A DNA stretch of 64,000 nucleotides from a virus. Its lineage: Duplodnaviria; Caudoviricetes. Of this stretch, positions 1 through 9,137 are shown piece by piece. Within the stretch, counting starts at the first letter, position 1. Each line of letters begins with the position of its first letter. Where the stretch lies: the IMG/VR virus record IMGVR_UViG_3300024346_000006, one strand, 5' to 3'. A program made the position numbers and the translations under genes. The notes under the pieces were generated by a model, which was not told the DNA's origin, searched no databases, and saw only the letters and a program-made list of their open reading frames with translations.

Positions 1-166
1 TACAGATACCCTGCATATCTAGAGGAAAGTATCCATACCCTTCTCCACCAGCAGTCACTGCAAGTTGTTCTCGTTCTGCAAAACATTCATACATTGTATT
101 GTATGTACCTACGTTTGTTGCGACTACTTCGGTTTCCATTAAGACTATAAAAATTAATGTCCACAT
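1..166 (-). CDS. Small hypothetical protein, 3' end runs off the window (MWTLIFIVLMETEVVATNVGTYNTMYECF...)
   Basis: Manual translation; ATG at 166 with a purine-rich RBS upstream; open to the window edge. Confidence 0.55.
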   Translation of the reverse strand, partial: MWTLIFIVLMETEVVATNVGTYNTMYECFAEREQLAVTAGGEGYGYFPLDMQGIC

Positions 167-443
167 TGCTCTTCTACCTTTCTCCATTTCAACATTCCAT
201 GATAGTTGAATGAGGGGCACTAAGATGCCCTTTGACTAACTCAGAAAAAGACGATATGCTTCCCTTTTTCTCCATAAAGGTATTTAGAGATTTTACTCCC
301 CAAAAAAAAATTTTAAAAAACACCTTTTGCAAAACTTGAAGACTTTTTAGAGGCATGTCGGGTGACTATATCATCTCCGCAATATTTTGTAGGAGTCCCA
401 TAAATTTAAACTTACACTCTAAGTATTTTCCGAAGTGACAAAT

Positions 444-488
444 AAAAAAACCCTTAGAGACTTCCAGAGTTTCCAGAGTCTCTAAGGG
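444..488 (-). terminator. Intrinsic terminator after the 549-788 gene
   Basis: 12-bp stem cccttagagact/agtctctaaggg (451-488); A-run at 444-450 gives a U-tract on the minus strand. Confidence 0.7.
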
Positions 489-548
489 TCAGGCACCATC
501 ATCTAAGGAGATATTTCAGTCAGTTCATACTACTACTTAGGTAAAATA

Positions 549-788
549 TCATGCACCGATGGTCATATAATAGCCATCAGCACTCACAGTCACACACTCA
601 TCTTCACTACTCATAATTCTCAATTCACTACCTGTAAAATGAATACAGGCTTCATTCATGATGTCGAAATCCTTTGAGAATATTCTAACATTCTCTATAG
701 GATCTTTCCAATTCTCCATACCATTTGTCAATTCATCAAAGGCTTCTGACAGAATGGCTTGTCTTTGCATATCATATGCTCTATTCAT
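549..788 (-). CDS. Hypothetical early phage protein
   Basis: 79-aa ORF, RBS-like ggagagag upstream, co-oriented with neighbours. Confidence 0.7.
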   Translation of the reverse strand: MNRAYDMQRQAILSEAFDELTNGMENWKDPIENVRIFSKDFDIMNEACIHFTGSELRIMSSEDECVTVSADGYYMTIGA

Positions 789-800
789 ATCTCTCTCCTA

Positions 801-1049
801 TTAACTCATAGCACGAACATGTTTTCCTACTTGTCCGTCTAAGAAGTCTCCCTTACTAGTCCAGTTACGAAAGGCTGAACATTCAGTTGCTAAACTTGCA
901 CATGAAGCATTCAAAGGACATGTATCACAAGGACATGGTCTCTTATTGAGGGGTCCTAAGATTTCTTCAATCTTCTCTGAGAAAAGATCAATTACAGTAT
1001 CAGGAATACCATGCATAGCTTCAGTATCAATCCAAATTTCATGAGTCAT
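801..1049 (-). CDS. Hypothetical Cys-rich phage protein
   Basis: 82 aa with CPCDTCPLNASC...C cluster; sigma70-type promoter upstream (about 1102-1130). Confidence 0.65.
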   Translation of the reverse strand: MTHEIWIDTEAMHGIPDTVIDLFSEKIEEILGPLNKRPCPCDTCPLNASCASLATECSAFRNWTSKGDFLDGQVGKHVRAMS

Positions 1050-1150
1050 TTCGTATCTCCATAGTGTATTTAATATTAGTCTTAATCATCATCAGCATAG
1101 TTATATTAACAGCTTGTCAAGAGGAAGTCAAGCACTTTTTTAAGTTTTTT

Positions 1151-1327
1151 TTAATTATTTTCAGTTTTTTTTGAAACGTTCTGGGGAGCGTACAGACCTT
1201 CCAACCCACGAACCTCATTGAAGACACGGATTCGTTTGGGAGTCATTCCAGTAACAACACCAGAAACCCAACAGTCAGTACCGACACACTTAACCAAAAC
1301 TTTCTCACCTTCTTTATACTTACTCAT
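1151..1327 (-). CDS. Small hypothetical protein, SH3/KOW-like beta pattern (58 aa)
   Basis: Manual translation MSKYKEGEKVLVKCVGTDCWVSGVVTGMTPKRIRV...; start abuts the stop of 1327-1536. Confidence 0.55.
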   Translation of the reverse strand: MSKYKEGEKVLVKCVGTDCWVSGVVTGMTPKRIRVFNEVRGLEGLYAPQNVSKKTENN

Positions 1328-1536
1328 TATACAACCCTCACAATGTAAGCGGGTTTACTAGGGTCAAGTTTAATCTCAGGATTAGTCACTTCTGTCACTA
1401 CATCCCATATTTCTGCATTCTTCAGTGCGTCAAACAAAAACTCAGAAACAACTCCCTCTCTTTTGGCCGCACGATCAGCAACATACTCAGAGTAGGTTTC
1501 AAAGTCAGTAATATGGTCAGTCATTTTTTCTCTCAT
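1327..1536 (-). CDS. Hypothetical early protein
   Basis: 69-aa ORF directly downstream of the promoter repeat copy at 1536-1626. Confidence 0.65.
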   Translation of the reverse strand: MREKMTDHITDFETYSEYVADRAAKREGVVSEFLFDALKNAEIWDVVTEVTNPEIKLDPSKPAYIVRVV

Positions 1537-1626
1537 TTCTCATTGAATACAGGTGTATTATGACAGGTTTCCAAGGATAAGTCAAAGATTATTTTGGAAC
1601 AAGAAAGGGTTTTTTAAGAACTTTTT
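1536..1626 (-). repeat. Promoter-containing direct repeat, copy 1 (about 91 bp; TTGACT-17-CATAAT)
   Basis: Aligns with 2193-2283 at offset 657; -35 at 1580-1585, -10 at 1557-1562. Confidence 0.8.
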
Positions 1627-1632
1627 GATATA

Positions 1633-2181
1633 TCAGGCAGCACGAGCGAAGACAAACATCTCCTTCATTCCATCGTATATTTCTTTAGTAGGATGCCATA
1701 TTTCACGTTCCTCTTCGTCAATACCAACGACAAAAGGCATACCACGTTTTGACTTAGTATATACTTCAAGGTCATTAGATTGAGCAAGATCAAACCAAAT
1801 CTTTCGGCCACCTTTCGACTGAGCCGTGCCAGCTTGTAAAGTAATTCCCAGTTTCTTAATGATATAACGGTAAGCTTTAGCAGCAATACCACGACCACCA
1901 TAACGATGATCCAGTCGAGCCATGTTGATATGGAAAGCATCTTTGAAGTATTCTGTTGATAGGTTGATCTCAAGGACGATTTTAACTCGCTGAGGACTTC
2001 TTCCATGAACCACACTGGTATCTACTACCATTACCTCAAGGTAACCTTCAGGCGATTGCATCGAGTTATCAACCCAAACTTGTAGCTTGGAGAAAGAACC
2101 TAAACGAACCCAAGTATCATCATTTGCTTTAGTATCAAAGTATCCTAATGCAAATTTCTTCTTCATCTCAATACGATCCAT
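1633..2181 (-). CDS. GNAT-like (acetyltransferase-fold) phage protein
   Basis: RYGGRGIAAKAY resembles GNAT motif A (R/Q-x-x-G-x-G/A); AQSKGGRKIW follows. Confidence 0.5.
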   Translation of the reverse strand: MDRIEMKKKFALGYFDTKANDDTWVRLGSFSKLQVWVDNSMQSPEGYLEVMVVDTSVVHGRSPQRVKIVLEINLSTEYFKDAFHINMARLDHRYGGRGIAAKAYRYIIKKLGITLQAGTAQSKGGRKIWFDLAQSNDLEVYTKSKRGMPFVVGIDEEEREIWHPTKEIYDGMKEMFVFARAA

Positions 2182-2192
2182 TCTTGTTTCCT

Positions 2193-2283
2193 TTTCTCAT
2201 TGAATACAAGTGTATTATGTCAGATTGGCGGGAATAAGTCAAAGATTATTTTGGAATAAGAAAGGGAGTTTTAAGAACTTTTT
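2193..2283 (-). repeat. Promoter-containing direct repeat, copy 2
   Basis: Near-identical to 1536-1626 except in the promoter spacer. Confidence 0.8.
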
Positions 2284-2666
2284 TTCCAGTTCTTTCGAAA
2301 TAACTTTTCTTCTTGAGCGTAAGCAGAGATTTCCCAAGGCTGTGTCTCGTAGTCACAGGCAGAATAATTGCGGCCTTTGTACATATATCCGTCAACTAAT
2401 TCCTTTTTGATAAATTGTTTCGCATGTACCATTTCATGGGCGAGTGTCTGCATCATCTGAGGCATATCCCCAGACTTCCAGATGTCAATATAGACGAATT
2501 TCTCAGAACCCCAACAGAGTCCAAGACAATCATCTAAATCTTTTCGAAAGCGAATTTGAATTAAACGGGAATAATATCGGGAAATACCTAGATCTTTTTC
2601 TAGATCTTTTACATATTGGTATACTTTTTCAGAGTCTTTAATACGTCCTAATGCAACAACCGCCAT
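2271..2666 (-). CDS. Putative zinc metallopeptidase (HExxH)
   Basis: TLAHEMVHAKQ zincin motif and downstream PWEISAY Glu ligand. Confidence 0.65.
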   Translation of the reverse strand: MAVVALGRIKDSEKVYQYVKDLEKDLGISRYYSRLIQIRFRKDLDDCLGLCWGSEKFVYIDIWKSGDMPQMMQTLAHEMVHAKQFIKKELVDGYMYKGRNYSACDYETQPWEISAYAQEEKLFRKNWKKSS

Positions 2667-3220
2667 ACAGAGAATTCTCTAACCAAACAATATGCATATT
2701 TTCGCATAGCTAGAGGCCTATGTCAAGCGTATTCTGAAGTTTTTTTCATGAATTTTTTCGATGATTCTCTGAGTATTCATCGATTTTCCCTATGATTTGT
2801 TTGAAACCCCTCAGCGGCGCTCAGAAAAATGCTCTGCAGATTTAGACCAAGGGGGTAAATCTTTGTAGCCTCCATATTTCTATGGTTTCTGCAACAGATT
2901 CAATGGTTTTTTGTGGGTCTCAGTGGGAAATCGTGGGATATTTGAAAGAATTTCTAAAAACCTTCGACTATTCTTGGAAGGCAATTCAGTATTAGACAGT
3001 GCATTTCCAATCCTAATAGTACTCCAAATGCAAAGCATTCTTCTTTACTGCAATACTCTATAAATGTATAGAATTTTTCCATTGGTTTTCATCCTCTGAG
3101 GACTATTTATACTAATTCCATATATGTCCATGTAAGACTAAAAACCACTATCAGAATACTCAAGCATTCTGTCTTTGTAATAACTCTAAACATTATTGAA
3201 CTTTTCATTTACCTTTCTTA

Positions 3221-3427
3221 TTATCCTATTGTATTTACATATCCAGTGCGATTAAATAAATCTGCAGGGTTGCACTGTGGCTGACTCCTACAGTTCCTTA
3301 TATTTTGTTCCCATTGTGATGGTTCCGGCATCCAATCAAAATCAGGCCTCTCCTTGCGTTCTGTAGTCGATGAACTACACGCAAAGAGGACTAACGATAG
3401 TATTGGAATTATAAGTGTTTTTTTCAT
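3221..3427 (-). CDS. Small lipoprotein
   Basis: Probable start MKKTLII (3427), hydrophobic stretch and lipobox LFAC. Confidence 0.55.
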   Translation of the reverse strand: MKKTLIIPILSLVLFACSSSTTERKERPDFDWMPEPSQWEQNIRNCRSQPQCNPADLFNRTGYVNTIG

Positions 3428-3497
3428 AGCATTTCTCCAGTGTGTTGAATAGAGCATACTACGAAATTACTCTTATATAGGTTTTCTTACTTTTGTG

Positions 3498-3671
3498 TTA
3501 AATTGTAACTTCTACGAACTTTCTTCGTGACTTACTGAACTGCTTAGAGGGTGAAGAAAAGTACTTTAATTCCTTTGTACCTTTTTGTATGTATCCTACA
3601 CATTGTCCATTCTTAAAAGCATAGGTATGATTAGGATATTCCCACTCTGTAACTTCTTTTAGAAATTTCAC
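3498..3671 (-). CDS. Small hypothetical phage protein (57 aa, GTG start)
   Basis: Manual translation VKFLKEVTEWEYPNHTY...KQFSKSRRKFVEVTI; RBS ggaagag upstream. Confidence 0.5.
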   Translation of the reverse strand: MKFLKEVTEWEYPNHTYAFKNGQCVGYIQKGTKELKYFSSPSKQFSKSRRKFVEVTI

Positions 3672-3970
3672 TCAGTCTCTTCCTGTATGATAAAATTAAC
3701 TTTTACGATATTATCTTTTTCTTTCTTTATAAAGAATTCTAATTCATTCTCTATAAAAATCTTTCTTAATTCATTCAGCGTAACTTGTCTTAATTCCATT
3801 TTCATTCAGTCTTTTCCTTAGAATCTACTGGTTTCTCAGTCACTGTACTCAATCGGGCATTGTTAAATTCTTCCTCATGAGCTTTCTTTGCTTTTTTCTT
3901 TCCAAAGATACGATCCCAACCATCATCAAATGTTTTTTGATCTACTGTGCGTGGACGTTGTTTACTTCCT

Positions 3971-4387
3971 TTACTCATTCGATACCTCTATAAATTTACC
4001 ATCTACAATTTTAAATACACCGTCAAGTCCAGTAGAGCGAATGTATTGTCTACCACCATCAATCATTTTACCATCATTGAAAATACAATCGTGATGAGAA
4101 GACGAATAGTACCAATTGTTGTCTGAGTCTTTGATCATACCAAACTCAAAGTCTTCTACAATATCAGCATTAGTAATCATCATAGAATCTCTAATGTTGT
4201 CGTGGTACAAACCAAAGTAACGATTACCAAACTCTGGATGTGGTGTATCTCTATAGTAAACATCAACTGGCACATCACTTGCGGTTAAATCAGTAGTACA
4301 CACATACTTAACAGGAACACCGTCTTTTTCTGTGTAATGTGATTCTACTTTGTCAATGTTAAATACATTTGCATGTTTAATGTCCAT
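3971..4387 (-). CDS. Hypothetical phage protein
   Basis: 138-aa ORF translationally coupled to 4387-4809. Confidence 0.7.
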   Translation of the reverse strand: MDIKHANVFNIDKVESHYTEKDGVPVKYVCTTDLTASDVPVDVYYRDTPHPEFGNRYFGLYHDNIRDSMMITNADIVEDFEFGMIKDSDNNWYYSSSHHDCIFNDGKMIDGGRQYIRSTGLDGVFKIVDGKFIEVSNE

Positions 4388-4809
4388 TAGAACTCCTTTA
4401 GTTCTCTCTTTGTCGAATATAATGCAGCAGCATTTCTCATGATATTAGGGTCATCTCTGAAATTACTTGCACCAGTATTGCATATATGACAAACCCAAGC
4501 AATAAACTTTCCTGTCTTATGACAATGATGCAAGACGAAATCTTGTCTCCACTTCACATAACCCTTTTCTCTCATATCGTCTACACTATCATGACAGGCA
4601 GGACAACGATATGTTCTTATATCTGGTTTTGGATGAAACTTCTTCAAGATCTTTAATTGATCTTCTGATTTCTTTCTACACTCTTTGCACTTGCTACGAA
4701 CATATGTCGTATCCATAGCAAATTCATTGAGAGGTTTACTTTCTCGACATTCACTACATTTCCTACATGCAATCTCTATCGATTCACCAAAAACATCTAC
4801 GACTTGCAT
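4387..4809 (-). CDS. Endonuclease VII-like (His-Me finger) nuclease
   Basis: CxxC pairs plus LHHCHKTGKFIAWVCHICNTGASNFRDD, matching the EndoVII DHxH..G.RG.LC..CN..G pattern. Confidence 0.7.
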   Translation of the reverse strand: MQVVDVFGESIEIACRKCSECRESKPLNEFAMDTTYVRSKCKECRKKSEDQLKILKKFHPKPDIRTYRCPACHDSVDDMREKGYVKWRQDFVLHHCHKTGKFIAWVCHICNTGASNFRDDPNIMRNAAALYSTKRELKEF

Positions 4810-4816
4810 CTACTTC

Positions 4817-5191
4817 TTACTTTATTTGTTCATCTTCTGGAAAGTCTGCAGCATCAACTTGAAAAGAAGGATATCCATACGGCAAACTTCCATCAGAAAC
4901 TGAATTGAGTTTACTAGGGGCACGATCCCAATCAATCTCAGAAGTCTCTGCACGTTTCCGCATCTCATGATACTCTGTGCAGACTGCTTCGAAGGTGTCC
5001 CATAATTTCGAAAACTTCACATCATACAGTTCTTTGATACCAAAGTAACGATTCATCAATGCGTCACATACTTTGGGATCCAGTCCTTCCCAAGTAGGAC
5101 TATCTACGAAGTTGGATGTAACGACATCGATATCATCACATACATTCCAACAATTCATTATCTCTTGTTCTAAATCAAAAATTTTACTCAT
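4817..5191 (-). CDS. Hypothetical acidic phage protein
   Basis: 124-aa ORF in the early operon. Confidence 0.65.
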   Translation of the reverse strand: MSKIFDLEQEIMNCWNVCDDIDVVTSNFVDSPTWEGLDPKVCDALMNRYFGIKELYDVKFSKLWDTFEAVCTEYHEMRKRAETSEIDWDRAPSKLNSVSDGSLPYGYPSFQVDAADFPEDEQIK

Positions 5192-5351
5192 GTGTCATTG
5201 CACTCTTTAGTTGTTGAAGGTAAATTTCGAACTTCTCAATCATTCCTTGTGCAGCGTCTACCGCACGATCATCACCCATTTCTTTGTATGTCTGAATGTT
5301 ACTTTCACACGCAGCGATATAACCTTGGAGTTCAGAAATCATTCCTTGCAT
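5184..5351 (-). CDS. Small hypothetical helical protein
   Basis: Probable start MQGMISE downstream of the promoter at 5382-5410. Confidence 0.55.
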   Translation of the reverse strand: MQGMISELQGYIAACESNIQTYKEMGDDRAVDAAQGMIEKFEIYLQQLKSAMTHE

Positions 5352-5381
5352 TTTTCTACCCTTCTTGCATATTACTCTATC

Positions 5382-5410
5382 ATTATAGAGAAAGTACTTC
5401 ACAATGTCAA
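5382..5410 (-). promoter_or_regulatory. Consensus sigma70-type early promoter TTGACA-17-TATAAT
   Basis: Minus strand reads TTGACAttgtgaagtactttctcTATAAT. Confidence 0.85.
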
Positions 5411-5472
5411 GCACTTTCTCAGAGAAATGTGAAAAAATTTACGGGCGTAATCAGCAGGGCGGTCACAGGCGG

Positions 5473-6993
5473 TCAGGTCAGATTGACAGAACCCATTGAT
5501 CTATTCTCCCCAGAGTCTTGAAGAACAAGATTCTCAGTAGAGTTAGATCCCCCATTATGTTTAGAGACTATGTGTCCTCTATCGAATCGATTCAAATCAC
5601 GAATAGATACCCGATTTCCTTTTGAGTCTTTTCGGTCGTTTGCTTCCCATACGACTTCTTTCTGTGACATTGGTACTGAAAGAGCTGCATCGATAACGAT
5701 GTTGTCATTTTTCAAATGTTCCTCATTTTCGATGAATTTTTTGCAGAGCAATTCTACTCGACAACGAATAAACTCATCTTTGGATTCGGAACATGCCCAG
5801 AAGAAACCATTCGGTACTTTTGTAGGTGTTGGTAATTTTACTCCATTAGTGCCATGAGTGATACGTCCAGCCGGGTCATCTCTCATTGATTTTTGTGCTG
5901 CATCATACTCTTTTACAAAAGCTTCTACATCTTTTATTTTCCATGAAGGAGTCGCAATATCCGTATACACTCGATTGTCCAGTTGATATCGGAAATAGAT
6001 ATAGTTTCGTACCATTACATTGTTATACGTTTTTGCAGAAGACATGGTTTTCATTCCTTTTGCAAATTCACGAAGATAACCCCTTACTTGTTCTACTTGA
6101 GTTTTTGTAACAGTCTCTGTACCAGCAAACATGAGTTCATGAGCACCGATTTTTGAAGAAGATGGTTGTGTGCCTTTCGCAATCCAGTAAAATACTTCTG
6201 ACAAAAACAATTCGTTTCCTGCAAGGTCTTCACTATATGTTTTCCCAGAAACACTTTGCAGTGCAGTAATTGCAATTTTGTCATGAATAATTGATGACAA
6301 TTGGCGGCGATAAGTTGAGAACCAGAAACGTGTAATCATTTTCTGCCATTCTGTCCATGGATATCCTTCATTTTTCGCAATCAATGCGTTTACGAGTTCT
6401 TGAATATCTCCCTCTTCTGCAACCATGTACAACAATTCGATGTTCAAAAATGCGTGTTGAAGAGATTCGTGCAACTCTTTGAAATGTTTTCCTTGTGCAT
6501 ACTCTACAACTTTTCCATTCTCATCTACAACTGGAATATCTGTAGCCCCAAGAGGAAATTCGTTGTTGATAAACGGAGCAATAGCATTTAAAATTCGGTT
6601 TTGTCCGTCAATGATATAGTTTTCAACACCAGCGGCAACATCTTTTCGAATTTCTTCAATCTCCTGTGCAAGTGCTGTTTTTCGTTCTTTTTCAATAGTG
6701 CGGTCGTGTTCATTAAGTAAACCTTGCAATAGAAGGTTCGCAGGCACAACGATAATTTTATCCAAGAATTCCAATCCTTGAATTACAGTATTGAGATAGG
6801 ACTGCCTACGGTGGTTGTCCCATGCATCTTTTTGTAGTTTTCGTTGAAGTAATCCTGCCGCAGTTGATAATACTGCATATGGGGTGTTGTTCCCATTTTC
6901 ATCTTTTATTGGTGTTGCAAGTTTGAATAAATCACCAACAGTAATAGTTTCCAGAAAAAATCTAGTTTTTTTTGCGAATTGTAGCTTTGACAT
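5473..6993 (-). CDS. DUF262 (ParB/Srx-like) + C-terminal HNH protein, GmrSD-like endonuclease
   Basis: N-terminal LLQR...W...YIIDGQNR (DUF262 signatures); C-terminal DRGHIVSKHNGGSNSTENLVLQDSGENRSMG (HNH). Confidence 0.7.
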   Translation of the reverse strand: MSKLQFAKKTRFFLETITVGDLFKLATPIKDENGNNTPYAVLSTAAGLLQRKLQKDAWDNHRRQSYLNTVIQGLEFLDKIIVVPANLLLQGLLNEHDRTIEKERKTALAQEIEEIRKDVAAGVENYIIDGQNRILNAIAPFINNEFPLGATDIPVVDENGKVVEYAQGKHFKELHESLQHAFLNIELLYMVAEEGDIQELVNALIAKNEGYPWTEWQKMITRFWFSTYRRQLSSIIHDKIAITALQSVSGKTYSEDLAGNELFLSEVFYWIAKGTQPSSSKIGAHELMFAGTETVTKTQVEQVRGYLREFAKGMKTMSSAKTYNNVMVRNYIYFRYQLDNRVYTDIATPSWKIKDVEAFVKEYDAAQKSMRDDPAGRITHGTNGVKLPTPTKVPNGFFWACSESKDEFIRCRVELLCKKFIENEEHLKNDNIVIDAALSVPMSQKEVVWEANDRKDSKGNRVSIRDLNRFDRGHIVSKHNGGSNSTENLVLQDSGENRSMGSVNLT

Positions 6994-7123
6994 CGCATTC
7001 TCCTTTTTAATAAGCGTCTTCGATCTTCGATAGACTGTCCAAATACTTGGATGTTTTTTTAGGTCGTTACCAAGTTTATCGACTCAAAGTGTGGGGGGCA
7101 TTGCACCCCCCTAGTTTTTATTG

Positions 7124-7396
7124 TTATACCGCTTGTGCAGCCAATGCCCTATAACCAGCAGCAACAACTGAACGAGGTGGAGTACCAAGACGGTAGAAAG
7201 TCTTAGAGCGTCCCTTAGTATCAGTGTGCTGGTTTGCAAAAATTGCAAAACCCTTCATACGAAGACTAGATACTGTTGCTCGAGCGTTTCCAACCTTGAA
7301 TTGGTTTTCAATCTGAGCAGCAGTCAAGCCCTTATCATTATTACGAAGAGCCTCAAGGACTCGATCTTGTTTTGTCACAACATTTGCATTAGCCAT
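7124..7396 (-). CDS. Small winged-helix DNA-binding protein
   Basis: RVLEALR..GLTAAQI..F.V.NARATVSSLR..G wHTH pattern; own promoter at 7456-7485. Confidence 0.6.
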   Translation of the reverse strand: MANANVVTKQDRVLEALRNNDKGLTAAQIENQFKVGNARATVSSLRMKGFAIFANQHTDTKGRSKTFYRLGTPPRSVVAAGYRALAAQAV

Positions 7397-7490
7397 GTTT
7401 TACATTCTCCATGTTTTAGTTTAAGAAATACAGTTAGTGATTAACTGTTATAGACAGTATAACACAAAAAAACACTCTTTGTCAAGAAGT

Positions 7491-7700
7491 TTATTCATTA
7501 ATATACTGAATTATTTTAGACTTTACTGTTCCACCAGCAAGTCCAAGATTGACAACATATGATTCAGCATCATCATACGAGTCAAATACTACAGGCACCA
7601 TGTTAAAGTCACATCTGCCAGTATCTTCGGTTATATACATCCAAGTATCCTCTCTATCAGAAGGATTAATCATAACAACATATCTATTTTCATTTGACAT
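7491..7700 (-). CDS. Hypothetical protein
   Basis: 69-aa ORF. Confidence 0.55.
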   Translation of the reverse strand: MSNENRYVVMINPSDREDTWMYITEDTGRCDFNMVPVVFDSYDDAESYVVNLGLAGGTVKSKIIQYINE

Positions 7701-7832
7701 TTTGATTGCCTTTTAGAAATTTGTATAGTTTTACATAATATGCAAAACTTTTTGGATAGTGTATAGGACTTGGATGATGAGGAAACATCAATAGAAATTT
7801 TTTATATTCTAATTCTGCCTCCTCATAAGACA

Positions 7833-8108
7833 CTATACAATTAATCCACTAGTCTGTTCTGTCCATGCCTTTTGGACATCATCATTCGCCTCTGTAATGA
7901 ATACCGCATGTCGGATCTTCATTTCTTTAGGGTCTGGATTACCAGTTGCAGCAATACCATGTGCGAACCCCATATTTTGATTTTCACCAAACACAATCAT
8001 TCTGGGGTTACTAATAGTAATACCAGTGGAATCATCTTCGACTAATCGTCCAATAAACTCACCAACAGGCGTCACTACAGTGATAATTTGATTTTTTTCA
8101 TAACTCAT
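7833..8108 (-). CDS. Hypothetical small beta-barrel (Sm/SH3-like) protein
   Basis: IITVVTPVGEFIGRLVE...ITISNPRMIV alternating beta pattern. Confidence 0.55.
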   Translation of the reverse strand: MSYEKNQIITVVTPVGEFIGRLVEDDSTGITISNPRMIVFGENQNMGFAHGIAATGNPDPKEMKIRHAVFITEANDDVQKAWTEQTSGLIV

Positions 8109-8119
8109 TTTAGTTTCCT

Positions 8120-8560
8120 TTAAGTATTTAATCTAGATTGGGTTTGCATTCTCTCTTTTAGGTAAGTTTGATAGTGAACCCATTCACCATCTTTGATAAA
8201 TCCCCATTCTTTTTTCTTACCAAATCGAAAGAACAGTGTCCATACTGAACCACCTTGAGGAACTTCCAAATAGTGCAGACTTTCTGCCTTTGAAAATCTC
8301 ATGTGTCCAGGCCCTCTCCAAAACTTACCTTCTGGAGTGTGTTCCCAATAACCACCTTTTAGAATAATAGTAAAATAATCCCATGGATGGTCATGAAAAA
8401 CTGGTTCATCGGATAAAACTATTTTGTGTAGGTAGGCGTTAAAGGGAACTGCCCGTCCCTTTGAAAAATTATCTACCTTATCTCTAAACAATAAATGCCA
8501 GCGATGCATATATGGTGTACTACCATCTCTGTCATAGATAATTCTTTTCCTACCGAACAC
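8120..8560 (-). CDS. Cupin-fold phage protein
   Basis: YLHKI...FHDHPWDYFTIILKGGYWE...LHYL cupin His motifs; GTG start. Confidence 0.6.
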   Translation of the reverse strand: MFGRKRIIYDRDGSTPYMHRWHLLFRDKVDNFSKGRAVPFNAYLHKIVLSDEPVFHDHPWDYFTIILKGGYWEHTPEGKFWRGPGHMRFSKAESLHYLEVPQGGSVWTLFFRFGKKKEWGFIKDGEWVHYQTYLKERMQTQSRLNT

Positions 8561-8588
8561 TCAATTCTCCAATTCAAGTACTACGTCT

Positions 8589-8617
8589 ATAATACACTAA
8601 ATATTATGTAATGTCAA
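8589..8617 (-). promoter_or_regulatory. Early promoter TTGACA-17-TATTAT with extended -10 TG
   Basis: Minus strand TTGACAttacataatatttagtgTATTAT upstream of 8560. Confidence 0.7.
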
Positions 8618-8624
8618 TATGTTT

Positions 8625-9137
8625 TTATAAAATTCTTTCGTATGCCCATTCTGGTGTGTCTGTTCTACTCTTACCATTTACTACACCATCTGCACCAAAA
8701 GATGCGGCCCAACTATTTGGTTTTAATTTTGGTTCAATACCAGTCATACCAAGAACATAACCAGCTGCCTCTGATGCTGCACAATTAGAACCGTGTTGCG
8801 GATTTGTGTTAATGTCCAAATGTATTTCAACATCAAACTCATCAATAAAAGGTATCACTTGTGTATATAATTCACATACCTTTCTTACTTCATTTAACAT
8901 TCTCATTTTAGGTCTGTTTTTCTTTAAATCATAATCATCTTCATATGATATATTAGAAAATATCCGACAACCACTGTTTCCATTCATATGGACAATACAC
9001 ACTGCAGCGTATCTGGCCTTTTTCTTTCCTTTTTTAGTGAGAAAACGAACACTGTCGCACCCTAGATATATCTTTGTTCGATTATCTAGGGTGGATAACA
9101 GTTCTACCATATTCTCTATTTGAGTTGCTGTTAACAT
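8625..9137 (-). CDS. RNase H-like fold protein (DUF458-type)
   Basis: KIYLGCDS...EIHLDIN...SWAASFGAD acidic motifs typical of this family. Confidence 0.6.
   Translation of the reverse strand: MLTATQIENMVELLSTLDNRTKIYLGCDSVRFLTKKGKKKARYAAVCIVHMNGNSGCRIFSNISYEDDYDLKKNRPKMRMLNEVRKVCELYTQVIPFIDEFDVEIHLDINTNPQHGSNCAASEAAGYVLGMTGIEPKLKPNSWAASFGADGVVNGKSRTDTPEWAYERIL

Noticed and set aside
4387-4809. Core T4 gp49 Holliday junction resolvase
   Set aside because: It has an extra N-terminal CxxC finger and sits among accessory early genes; more likely a free-standing EndoVII-family nuclease, so no gene symbol was given.
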